Shown here one piece after another: positions 8,287 through 16,996 of a stretch of 64,000 nt of DNA (positions are counted from its first letter, which is position 1; every line of letters begins with the position of its first letter). A program made the position numbers and the translations under genes. This stretch comes from a phage: NCBI GenBank assembly GCA_027262695.1, contig GCA_027262695.1_4722.1. The stretch is one strand, 5' to 3'. Below the pieces are notes generated by a model that was not told the DNA's origin, did not search any database, and saw nothing but the letters and a program-made list of their open reading frames with translations.

Positions 8287-10899
8287 TTAAGCGTCCGGCG
8301 TAAAATCAAAAGGAATGTCCGTACGAATGATATCATAACGTTTTCCGAGGAAATAAAACTCTTCGGGAACCTGGCCTGGAATGATGCTATCACCGATGAA
8401 CTGCGGATACGCCCAGATGTACTGAGTGAGTCCTTCGAACATATCCAGGTTATTTGCGTGGTTACCCATGATACGTTTCCAGAGTTCGCGTTTATACGGT
8501 GTTTTAACATCGAATCCATAAAGCGGTGCAAGATCTTCACCAGGCACAAATCCCAGGTAGTAATGGATCTGACTGACCGGGAAACCAAGCGTGTCTCGCG
8601 GAATGGTGATCGCTTGCTCAGCTTTGGTGACATGCGTTTCAATAATCCAGTCATAACACTCCGAATAGAACCGATCGAATTTCTCTGGATTATACCACGC
8701 TTTGGGAAGGTTGAGTTTCTCCGTGAACGCATTCGACATGATCGTCGGCAAGAACGGAAGAACGCCGGTTTTGATCTGCGTGTATTTCGATTTTACTCGG
8801 TTAACCAGATTCCAGCAACTGTATCCTAACTGTTCGTTACAAAACTCAACGTAGAGATCGTAGTCGCCACCGGATAACGGGTTGTTAATATCACCGATGT
8901 CTGCGGCATATTTGTCAGGATATTGGTTATTGAAAGCCAGTTTGGTTTGGTAGTCGTAGATACACGGTTTGTTGTTCGCCGTGTTGATCCACCACCAGGG
9001 TTCACCTACTTGTACACAAATGTCCTGGACATGAGGATAGATGATATCAGCAAATGCTGTTAACACATCCCCTAACCACGCCATCGCATATTGGTTACAC
9101 GGAGACAGCAACCAAGACGGCGGCGTGTATCCGGTTGCTGCGATATTCCCTTCCCAATCTTGCTGTGCCCACTCGAACGGACACGCTGTACTCATCAATT
9201 CGTAACTTAAACTGATGGTTACAGAGAAATGGTGTTTTGCAGCGAGTGCGGCGAAAGCTTCATGCCATGCAATACAGGGCGGATTTAATACATCCGTGGT
9301 GTTCACCAGTAGCTTACCCGCACTCGGCGTCCAGACGGTGTCGTAGAAATGCGACATTCCAACATAGTGTACTAATTCATCCTGATATCCCGCATACACC
9401 AGGTTCTCGAACACGCGTTCTGGCGTGATGTTATAATGGTCATCATAAGCGGTTATCGCACGAAGTTCGTGTGGTGCGCAGTGGTGACGATTAACGGTCA
9501 TTTCCTGATACACCCCATCGATAGGAAGAATCTCGATGGTTAAACCGAGGTCGATCGGTGTTTCCAGATAGGTCGTTTCAGTCGCATCTTCCTTATAATG
9601 TCGAGAACTCATGCTGAACATCAACGACGTTACCGATTCAAGTTCGATGGGCTCGTCAGCATAGAACCCCGCCATTGCGTCATTAAAATCGATCGTCACG
9701 GTCGCGCTTGTACCGTCTTCGGAGACGTCGGTCGCATATCGGGTTAATGAGATATACTGACGGCTATCGTCTTTGTGTACGACGGTTAAAACCGGCGGGT
9801 TTTCGGTATCCGCAAAGTTACGCTGATCGCCGGTAAACGTGACCTTTGCTTTAAAGATCAAACCGAGTAACGACGTCATGGGATCATACGCGATACAACC
9901 GTGATCCAGCGTATCCGTTGTCCGCCATTCTACCCCGACCAACCCGTTAGCGGTATGACATCGCATATACGCGTTAAGAACCATGTCTTCACTGACGACC
10001 GCGAAGTTCTCTGTTGATTGACCGTTGATAATCCAATACATCGGTTGCCAAAGATTGCGAGTACCTTTTGCATAGCGGTAGGTTGGTGTACCTTTGGGGT
10101 TGCCATTATTAAGATGAAATACGGCAGTACCTTGATAATGGTCGTTCGTATTAATCGGAACGCTATAAGCATCACCGAGATCCGTACGTTCCACTTTTGT
10201 AATAGCGGCATTCTCAAACAACCCACGTAGCGCTGGTAAACCGATATCTGCAGGTGCGTTTTCACGACGTATCGCATCGGCAATACGATGAGCTAAGGCT
10301 GGGTAAATGACTTCACCTTGTTGCAGGTTCGCAAGCCCCGCAAAGCGATCGGGATCGATACCGGCAATTAACAACTCGATATCACCTTTCGTTCTATCGT
10401 CGTGAAGATATTTCAGTCCGGTAAGGTCGAGATGTTGAATAAGCGATAGCAGGTTGTATTTACGGTTTTCGACGGTTAGTTCGAGATCGCCTGCCCAGAC
10501 CAGACTTTCGTCATCGGCTGTTAAAGTAACGGTTTGTCGACCTGTGGTAGATGTCGTCGTTATCTTATTTAATTGCTCTTGCAGGAAGTCTGTTGCAAGG
10601 TCAAAGGCAACGCCGTAGCGATCGGCGACCGTTTGCATGATTTCACGTAACTGGGTATCTTCTTCAATGATAACCTTGATAGGTATTCCCAAGAAAGCTT
10701 TAGCGAGGTCCCGTTTAACCATCGAGACAAATACGGATTTGTAATATCGGCTTCCATCTTTCCCTTTAAAAAGAATGGAGGTTGTTTCGGGTGACGATAG
10801 AACACGTGCAAATTCAACATCGTCGAAGGTAAGAGAAAGTCCGTTTTTCTCGTTGGTCAATCTTAGTATTTCATTCTGCGCGGTTTCATGTAACTTCAT
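8287..10899 (-). CDS. tail fibre/tailspike protein with conserved N-terminal attachment domain
   Basis: 870-aa ORF; N-terminal ~150 aa shares motif VKRDLAKAFLGIPIK and ADRYGVAFDLATDFL with three other genes in the locus; AGAGG RBS. Confidence 0.65.
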   Translation of the reverse strand: MKLHETAQNEILRLTNEKNGLSLTFDDVEFARVLSSPETTSILFKGKDGSRYYKSVFVSMVKRDLAKAFLGIPIKVIIEEDTQLREIMQTVADRYGVAFDLATDFLQEQLNKITTTSTTGRQTVTLTADDESLVWAGDLELTVENRKYNLLSLIQHLDLTGLKYLHDDRTKGDIELLIAGIDPDRFAGLANLQQGEVIYPALAHRIADAIRRENAPADIGLPALRGLFENAAITKVERTDLGDAYSVPINTNDHYQGTAVFHLNNGNPKGTPTYRYAKGTRNLWQPMYWIINGQSTENFAVVSEDMVLNAYMRCHTANGLVGVEWRTTDTLDHGCIAYDPMTSLLGLIFKAKVTFTGDQRNFADTENPPVLTVVHKDDSRQYISLTRYATDVSEDGTSATVTIDFNDAMAGFYADEPIELESVTSLMFSMSSRHYKEDATETTYLETPIDLGLTIEILPIDGVYQEMTVNRHHCAPHELRAITAYDDHYNITPERVFENLVYAGYQDELVHYVGMSHFYDTVWTPSAGKLLVNTTDVLNPPCIAWHEAFAALAAKHHFSVTISLSYELMSTACPFEWAQQDWEGNIAATGYTPPSWLLSPCNQYAMAWLGDVLTAFADIIYPHVQDICVQVGEPWWWINTANNKPCIYDYQTKLAFNNQYPDKYAADIGDINNPLSGGDYDLYVEFCNEQLGYSCWNLVNRVKSKYTQIKTGVLPFLPTIMSNAFTEKLNLPKAWYNPEKFDRFYSECYDWIIETHVTKAEQAITIPRDTLGFPVSQIHYYLGFVPGEDLAPLYGFDVKTPYKRELWKRIMGNHANNLDMFEGLTQYIWAYPQFIGDSIIPGQVPEEFYFLGKRYDIIRTDIPFDFTPDA

Positions 10900-10921
10900 T
10901 GAAAACCTCTGCCCTTTAGAA

Positions 10922-11563
10922 TTAGATGTACTGCTTACCGCCCACGAAGGACGTTAGCCAGTTCCCGCTGACGAGCTGTGACGCCCAACCTGGAACAGCT
11001 TTACCATTCTGGCTCATGATGTTACCACACCAACCAGGGAATCCGGGACGGATGTAATAGAAAGTTAAATTGTAGAGATGGCAATTCCATACCGCAACGT
11101 TATGTTTACCAGAAACCGCTTTAAAGACAAACGCGACAGGTAAAGGAGACGATAACAATTCGGTCACAGGGACAGCTGACCAGTTCGCATTCGCGTTCCA
11201 TGGTTGCCATGTATGGCTACGCGAGTCGCAATATACGTTACCGTTGTTACCGCGCCCACCCGCATTCCACCACAGCGACGGACTCATGTTCTTAAGTGAG
11301 GTAAATTGCTGCGGTGGAATATTAGGAATAATAACAGGGTTGGTACCTTGCCCATGTTTCTTTTCTTTTGCGTTCACATACCCGCTTATCGATTCGAGGT
11401 ATTTGACACCAGGATAATTATTCTGGACTTGTGTCGCAATATCACGAACATCGAACGTCCAGCAGATCATGGTGTTGTAGTAAGCATCGGTGTTGTCGTA
11501 CCATGCGTTACCATCTTGTAAACGTGCGCCACTATTCGGTGTTTTATCTGTGTTTATAGCCAT
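10922..11563 (-). CDS. hypothetical protein, paralog pair member with conserved C-terminal module
   Basis: 213 aa; C-terminus RPGFPGWCGNIMSQNGKAVPGWASQLVSGNWLTSFVGGKQYI shared with 11573-12340. Confidence 0.55.
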   Translation of the reverse strand: MAINTDKTPNSGARLQDGNAWYDNTDAYYNTMICWTFDVRDIATQVQNNYPGVKYLESISGYVNAKEKKHGQGTNPVIIPNIPPQQFTSLKNMSPSLWWNAGGRGNNGNVYCDSRSHTWQPWNANANWSAVPVTELLSSPLPVAFVFKAVSGKHNVAVWNCHLYNLTFYYIRPGFPGWCGNIMSQNGKAVPGWASQLVSGNWLTSFVGGKQYI

Positions 11564-11572
11564 AGTGTTGTC

Positions 11573-12340
11573 CTATACTGCGATGATTGAGATATCGGAT
11601 GCCGGATGTGTGTTGCCATCAGGTGGTACGTACAGAAACACCCACAGATAAAACAGTAGCTTCTCTAACTTCAATTTAATTGAAGTTAGATATTGTTTAC
11701 CTCCAACAAACGACGTTAACCAATTACCTGAAACAAGTTGCGATGCCCAGCCAGGCACTGCCCTACCGTTCTGGCTCATCACGTTACCTGCCCATCCCGG
11801 AAAACCCGGTCGGAAAATATATACTTGAATATGTGTTAAAGCGTTATCATTACCACCGCCAACAGCAACGTTACGACTCCCAGATGACGGGAAATATTCT
11901 TTTAAGAACAGAGGATCGGTTGCTAATAAAGATGCGGGCCAAGGGTTCGCGGATGCATCAACATCGAATTCGGTCCATCGCCATTTACGTCCCGTGTTGA
12001 ACCATGTCGATGTACCACCACCCCTCACGGCAAGATTGCGCGCATCACGGACATTATAAATTGATTCGATGTTACGCCATCCACCTTTTGCAGCGTTTGC
12101 CGCATAGCAAATCGCATTACCACCATTCTTCTTCTCGTAAACGGTTCGTTTGATATGAACACGGTCGATGAACGCTTCACCGTATTTGTTGACGAGTGTT
12201 TGTGCAATATCACGAAGATCGTGCATGTGAAAAGCGATGTCTTCGTTATGGAACCATGTTGTCTGGTTCCAGACGGTACCGTTTGGTTCGGCACACATCG
12301 ATCGGATATTGTTGCGTTGATTAATCGCGATAAAACCCAT
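11573..12340 (-). CDS. hypothetical protein, paralog of 10922-11563; conserved stop position lost
   Basis: Start set at ATG 12340 (AGGAACGAGG RBS) rather than the ORF-track start that reads through a hairpin; C-terminal 43-aa extension relative to paralog. Confidence 0.5.
   Translation of the reverse strand: MGFIAINQRNNIRSMCAEPNGTVWNQTTWFHNEDIAFHMHDLRDIAQTLVNKYGEAFIDRVHIKRTVYEKKNGGNAICYAANAAKGGWRNIESIYNVRDARNLAVRGGGTSTWFNTGRKWRWTEFDVDASANPWPASLLATDPLFLKEYFPSSGSRNVAVGGGNDNALTHIQVYIFRPGFPGWAGNVMSQNGRAVPGWASQLVSGNWLTSFVGGKQYLTSIKLKLEKLLFYLWVFLYVPPDGNTHPASDISIIAV
11664..11690. repeat. AT-rich perfect palindrome between the two paralog genes
   Basis: tctaacttcaatttaattgaagttaga. Confidence 0.75.
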
Positions 12341-12395
12341 TGTATACCTCGTTCCTATTCTCAAAAAGGAAATTTCATACGATGACGCCATAGCA

Positions 12396-12425
12396 GCTCC
12401 TCCTTCCCTTACGGGTTGGAGGAGC
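12396..12425. promoter_or_regulatory. GC-rich stem-loop, variant of the family
   Basis: gctcctccttcccttacgggttggaggagc between lipoprotein stop and next start. Confidence 0.55.
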
Positions 12426-12433
12426 ATACTTAA

Positions 12434-12940
12434 TTACTTGCTGATAACCTCAACGGAATTGGGATCAGCGATCAATGCGCGGTCGGTAGAACAATTGAAG
12501 AAGACCATGCCGACACCATCGCCGTTCGAGTTCAGGGTTGAACTTGCGTAAGACAGGGTTGGTTTATTCATGCGGTAGAAGCGTTCGCTGGTTGTGGTAT
12601 TGAACCCCAGATCAACGTAGTCTTTCACCGTGGTATACAACTGTGTGGATTCGAAAACGGTTACCGGAGAGTCAACGGTAAATTGACTACCTTCATCCAC
12701 AACCAGAACTTTATCGTTCCAGATTTCAGTGGTTGAAAACTTCGGTTTCCAGTGTTCGAATTCCTGGGTTGCGCCCCAGCAAGAATAAACAGCGAGATTG
12801 CTGTTCTTCTCAACAGGTTTCAACCCCACCAGTTGTGTCAGGTCTTTATCCAGGTTCGGTAAGCCTTCCAGCGTAGCGCACCCACCCAGAGAAAGTACCA
12901 TCAACATACCAAGAACGATCGCGCAGAGTTTTTTCATCAT
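12434..12940 (-). CDS. putative lipoprotein
   Basis: Start at ATG 12940 with AGGAA RBS; N-terminus MMKKLCAIVLGMLMVLSLGGC (signal peptide plus lipobox-like LGGC); immediately downstream of long tail fibre gene. Confidence 0.55.
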   Translation of the reverse strand: MMKKLCAIVLGMLMVLSLGGCATLEGLPNLDKDLTQLVGLKPVEKNSNLAVYSCWGATQEFEHWKPKFSTTEIWNDKVLVVDEGSQFTVDSPVTVFESTQLYTTVKDYVDLGFNTTTSERFYRMNKPTLSYASSTLNSNGDGVGMVFFNCSTDRALIADPNSVEVISK

Positions 12941-12988
12941 TAGATTTCCTTGTGTGTTAACGGAAGTGACTTCCATAAGGATTGATGA

Positions 12989-15900
12989 TTACTTTTTGAG
13001 CGCTTTAAGTTCTTCTTCCAACGCTTCCACTTTTGCCGTAAGCTTCTGTACTTGTTTGATTAATGGAACCACCAAACGTTCGTACATAACACCTTCAGCG
13101 ACGAGTCCGTTAGAAGAAACGATGGCGGGGTCATCTTCTTCGGTTGCATCACGCCAGTGCACGTATTGTGGTGCTATCTCACCAACCTCTTCGGCAATCA
13201 ACCCATACCAACCCCAATCCTTGTTGTCCGCTTCGCAGGTAGAACGATACCAAACAGGACGCATCTCCAATACTTTATCCGCTTGTTCATCCGTGATATT
13301 CTCGATATCTTTCTTATAGCGACGTGACGACGTTGAACGGAACACATTGTTGATCCCAGCAACAGGACTGATATACATATTAGCCCCGCTGGTTGTAGTG
13401 CTAATGTCCCATACCGCAAATCCGCCGTTACTCCCATTTTTTACTACCAACGTATTGGCAATAATGTCCAGGTTATTGTCGTACCCGGTTAACTGGTTTT
13501 CCGTTACATAACTGGATAGGTTAACCGAGTAGTTCTTACTGTTATAACAACGACGCCATCCTGGGCTGTTGGTGCTGCCGTTATAGTTGTCGTAGCTATA
13601 AATGAACTCGGAGTTGGTTTTCGCACCACTGACGGAAGATGTGGTTGCGGTGGTAACACGGATGGTGTAGTTTGTCATCCCGAAGCTAACGACCTCGATA
13701 ACAGCGCCAGCCAGAGGGATGATCCCGCATTTGGTTTCACTGTCTGGGATGTATGCGCTATCGGCAGCAGCGAAGGAGCAACGTGCGACCCAAGCACGAG
13801 TGTTGAAGGCTCCATGGTTTTGCAGTAATGTGATAAACGAGGACGTTGTAATCGAGCTGTTATTATCACCGGTGATCAACCAGCCGGTTGGACATGCAGT
13901 TGCACCAACGTTTTTCGCTGTTAGCGTGATGTTCTGTGATCCGTCGAAGGCTACGCCGCTAATAGTACGCGCAGTCTGTAGCTTCGTCGCCGTTGCTGCG
14001 TTCCCTGACGTGTTCTGGTTCCCTGCTGTGTTAACACCCGGCAGATCGATGTTTGCACTACCATCGAAAGACACCCCACCAATCGTTCTTGCCGTTTGCA
14101 ACTTCGTTGCGGATGCCGCATTCCCTGTGGTGTTTTGGTTGCCTGTTGTATTCACACCCGGGATACTATCCTTAGATGTGTAGATCTGTGCCCATTCCGA
14201 CCAGTTCGCATCGGTTGTATCGCGACGTGAACGTAAATAAGCTGGAGCGTGCGCACCCGAGGTACCCGACCATCCAATGAGGATTTCGCCTTCGCCGACC
14301 GATGAAGCACCTTTAAGATGAACAACGTTACCGTAGGCTGTAGGGTATCCGTTATTGTACGCTTCATACATCTGGATACCCGTGTTGCTGCCCTGGGTCG
14401 CATTAGCTAAAGCGGTGACCCGTCCCTTGGAAGCGAGCGCGTTAATGCTAAAGCTAATATCAGTTGTACCATCAAAGGCGACCCCATTAATCTTCCGTGC
14501 TGTTTGGAGTTTCGTGGCAGTGGCCGCATTACCAGAGGTACTCTGATTACCTGCTTTGTTCACGCCTGGTAAATCAATGTTGGCGGTTCCATCGAAGCTG
14601 ACGCCGCCTATTGTTCTTGCTGTAGCGAGTTTCGTTGCTGTGGTTGCAGCATTACCAACCTTTAACCATTCGCCCCATGGACCATCGATGCCGTTCCATG
14701 ATGCTGTTAAACTACGTACGTAAATATTTCCGGTACGTACAGTGTAACGTTGCGTTCCACCGAACTGTCCAGCTGGGAGCACTTCGATATAACCTACCGC
14801 GTTTGCTTCAGGGAAATTGTGGGCAACATCAGCATTCGTTGATGTTTGTTTAGACCAAATACCTACGGACTCCTCTACCGGACCGTAGGTATCCAGATTT
14901 GCGTCGGTGGGGAGCTGTCCTCGAAAACGTCGGAATAATGATGCTGTTAACCCCAACGTTGTTTGCATTCCTTGAACGCTTGACTGCGATAAAAGCGCCC
15001 GCGCTGTCGACGTAATGGCAGCTAAAGCAACCTTGTCGGCTCCGGTGAAAAATGGGAATTTGTTCGCCGAGGTCGTTAAGCCTGAAAGGGCTGTTAGTAA
15101 TGCGTTAAGGGGTTGTTTTCCGGCTAACGCGTTAGTTATCGTCGTTGCGAAATTAGGATCGTTGCCTAAAGCTTGAGCCAGCTCATTAAGCGTATTTAGC
15201 GCTTCTGGAGACGAGTCAATCAGCGACGCGATAGCACGCATTACAAATTCCGTGTTGGCAATCTGTTGACTGCTATCATTCTCTGCAGCCGTGGGCGCTG
15301 CTGGGATACCGGTGAATACAGGGTTATTAAGATCTGCCTTGAGGGCGATGAGACGTCTAAGCGCTTCAACATCGACTCTCAGGTTTTCCCATCCGACGAG
15401 ATAACCTTCACCGGTTGTGTGATAACGGTTGTACCAAAAATCGCCATTAACACCGAAAAAGAATATTCCCTTCTCTTCGTATTGTGGGTCAGAACCGTTC
15501 CGCGATGAGCTAATGTATTTTATTTCGATAAGGCCGTCTAATACCACTCCTGGGATAATTTTGTCGTTTCCATGCGATTGTGATACCTGGTACACCCCCG
15601 GCGTTGCGGTTCTAATCCACGTTAAGAATTCCGATGTTCCAGCGTTACCGCTAAAATGCTTGACGTCGGTGAGTATCGCACCAAAACCGAACATACCTGG
15701 TAAAGCAACTCGTCCATCGGTACGGTCACGAATATCTGTCGCAACAACGGGCAATTGTTTACGAACGTCATTAACCGCTTTAGGTGTTGCTGATTTTGTC
15801 TCGTCGTCGCTATCAATATCATTGCTCAGGATGGTCAGTCCTCGAGTATCTGTGGTTGCATCAGGAAGAAACGCATTATCCAACACCTTAAGCTGTATTG

Positions 15901-16306
15901 CATCCGTGTTACTAACAGCAACATACACCTGGCAGTTAAGAACGCTGGTTGCGCCTTCGGTGGGCACAGGCTTATATCTTTCTGGTGCGCTGCAGACGGC
16001 GACCAGAACACCTTGATCGTCATACAGACCGATCTCACGTACCCAGAACCCACCTTGACTGGTGGGAATAATGCCTTCAACAATAATCCGGGTTGTGTCG
16101 TCAACATCAATGCGGATGTTGGAAACTTCCCCACGATAAACTTCGTGTATAAGTGCCGTTTGGCTAGCATCGGGGGTTGGTGTAGAGCCGTTACTGTCAC
16201 CAACGGCAAAATGCGTGATTTTTAGTTTCTCACCGTCAGGAAGTAATGCTGCGGTGATACGTTCTGCGCCTTTATCGGTAATAACCGTTTTATATGTTGT
16301 ACTCAT
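12989..16306 (-). CDS. long tail fibre: P2 gpH-like N-terminal domain, tandem fibre repeats, C-terminal S74-type intramolecular chaperone
   Basis: 1105 aa; N-terminus MSTTYKTVITDKGAERITAALLPDGEKLKITHFAVGDSNG matches tail-collar fibre proteins; repeated ATKLQTARTIxGVxFDG units; C-terminus YGLIAEEVGEIAPQYVH with coiled-coil tail typical of the autocleaving chaperone domain. Confidence 0.8.
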   Translation of the reverse strand: MSTTYKTVITDKGAERITAALLPDGEKLKITHFAVGDSNGSTPTPDASQTALIHEVYRGEVSNIRIDVDDTTRIIVEGIIPTSQGGFWVREIGLYDDQGVLVAVCSAPERYKPVPTEGATSVLNCQVYVAVSNTDAIQLKVLDNAFLPDATTDTRGLTILSNDIDSDDETKSATPKAVNDVRKQLPVVATDIRDRTDGRVALPGMFGFGAILTDVKHFSGNAGTSEFLTWIRTATPGVYQVSQSHGNDKIIPGVVLDGLIEIKYISSSRNGSDPQYEEKGIFFFGVNGDFWYNRYHTTGEGYLVGWENLRVDVEALRRLIALKADLNNPVFTGIPAAPTAAENDSSQQIANTEFVMRAIASLIDSSPEALNTLNELAQALGNDPNFATTITNALAGKQPLNALLTALSGLTTSANKFPFFTGADKVALAAITSTARALLSQSSVQGMQTTLGLTASLFRRFRGQLPTDANLDTYGPVEESVGIWSKQTSTNADVAHNFPEANAVGYIEVLPAGQFGGTQRYTVRTGNIYVRSLTASWNGIDGPWGEWLKVGNAATTATKLATARTIGGVSFDGTANIDLPGVNKAGNQSTSGNAATATKLQTARKINGVAFDGTTDISFSINALASKGRVTALANATQGSNTGIQMYEAYNNGYPTAYGNVVHLKGASSVGEGEILIGWSGTSGAHAPAYLRSRRDTTDANWSEWAQIYTSKDSIPGVNTTGNQNTTGNAASATKLQTARTIGGVSFDGSANIDLPGVNTAGNQNTSGNAATATKLQTARTISGVAFDGSQNITLTAKNVGATACPTGWLITGDNNSSITTSSFITLLQNHGAFNTRAWVARCSFAAADSAYIPDSETKCGIIPLAGAVIEVVSFGMTNYTIRVTTATTSSVSGAKTNSEFIYSYDNYNGSTNSPGWRRCYNSKNYSVNLSSYVTENQLTGYDNNLDIIANTLVVKNGSNGGFAVWDISTTTSGANMYISPVAGINNVFRSTSSRRYKKDIENITDEQADKVLEMRPVWYRSTCEADNKDWGWYGLIAEEVGEIAPQYVHWRDATEEDDPAIVSSNGLVAEGVMYERLVVPLIKQVQKLTAKVEALEEELKALKK
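13880..14640 (-). repeat. two blocks of degenerate ~66-bp tandem repeats inside the long fibre gene (phage tail fibre repeat units)
   Basis: Recurrent DNA units such as ccatcgaa(a/g)g(a/c)cac(c/g)ccacc(a/t)at.gt.cttgc and corresponding protein repeats NIDLPGVNxAGNQxTSGNAATATKLQTAR. Confidence 0.6.
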
Positions 16307-16312
16307 GGCGTT

Positions 16313-16840
16313 TTATCCCGGGTAAATAGCGATGACATCACCAATGACAGTTGCCGCACCAGCGTATAAATAAGCTGGAGATGCCTCACGTTGGTTTGTC
16401 ACGGTAAGATCCAATTGTCCACGCCAAACCATGGAGGTATTCGCGATGGGAATCGAGATCTTCTTGGATGTGTCGTCACGAAAATCAATGACAGTAGCAA
16501 GGATAGCTGAATCAAAATCGACATCGGTTTCAAAGATGAATCCGTACTGATCTGAAATAGCTTGTATAACCGCTCTTATAGTTGTTGTTTCAACCGACTC
16601 CAAAACGATTTTTATCGGTATCCCTAGAAACGCTTTCGCGATATCACGTCGTGCGTAAGTGATAAAACTTTCACCACACCACCTTGTTCCTTCATTTGCT
16701 GTGACGATCACTTTTGCCCTGTTAGCACCAGAACTCCCATCCAGGGTTAAAGTGAGATCGGAGTTACTGAACACGCTACCGTTACGTTGGTTTATCAACG
16801 TAATCAGTTCGTCTTTCCACGGCAGGTAAAGTGAACGCAT
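16313..16840 (-). CDS. tail fibre N-terminal attachment-domain protein (putative adaptor)
   Basis: 175 aa from ATG 16840 (GGAGG RBS); contains shared motif YARRDIAKAFLGIPIKIV; stop 6 nt before start of long fibre gene. Confidence 0.55.
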   Translation of the reverse strand: MRSLYLPWKDELITLINQRNGSVFSNSDLTLTLDGSSGANRAKVIVTANEGTRWCGESFITYARRDIAKAFLGIPIKIVLESVETTTIRAVIQAISDQYGFIFETDVDFDSAILATVIDFRDDTSKKISIPIANTSMVWRGQLDLTVTNQREASPAYLYAGAATVIGDVIAIYPG

Positions 16841-16953
16841 AAGCGCACCCTCCTCCAACAATCAAATTAAGATGCAAAACGCCTCGAAACCGGAGTGCGA
16901 TTCGAGGCAAACGTAAACAGTCTTAACGACCGCATAAAATTCCGCGCATATTA

Positions 16954-16965
16954 CCCCCCCCCCCC
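16954..16965. repeat. C12 homopolymer (G12 on coding strand), intergenic
   Basis: Twelve consecutive C between stop of 16997-18751 and start of 16313-16840. Confidence 0.9.
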
Positions 16966-16996
16966 TCGCTTCGTCGAGGTAGGGGAGGATAACACT

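Noticed and set aside
11573-12427. ORF-track N-terminal extensions that translate intergenic hairpins (also 25287-25619, 50188-51168, 59527-59838, 57227-58246, 61647-63902)
   Set aside because: The extensions encode the GC stem-loops (e.g. MLLQPVREGG), and an internal ATG with a good RBS follows each hairpin; starts were moved downstream.
13880-14640. Possible diversity-generating retroelement or invertible segment acting on the tail fibre repeats
   Set aside because: No reverse transcriptase, template repeat or site-specific recombinase gene is present in the window; the repeats are ordinary in-frame fibre repeats.
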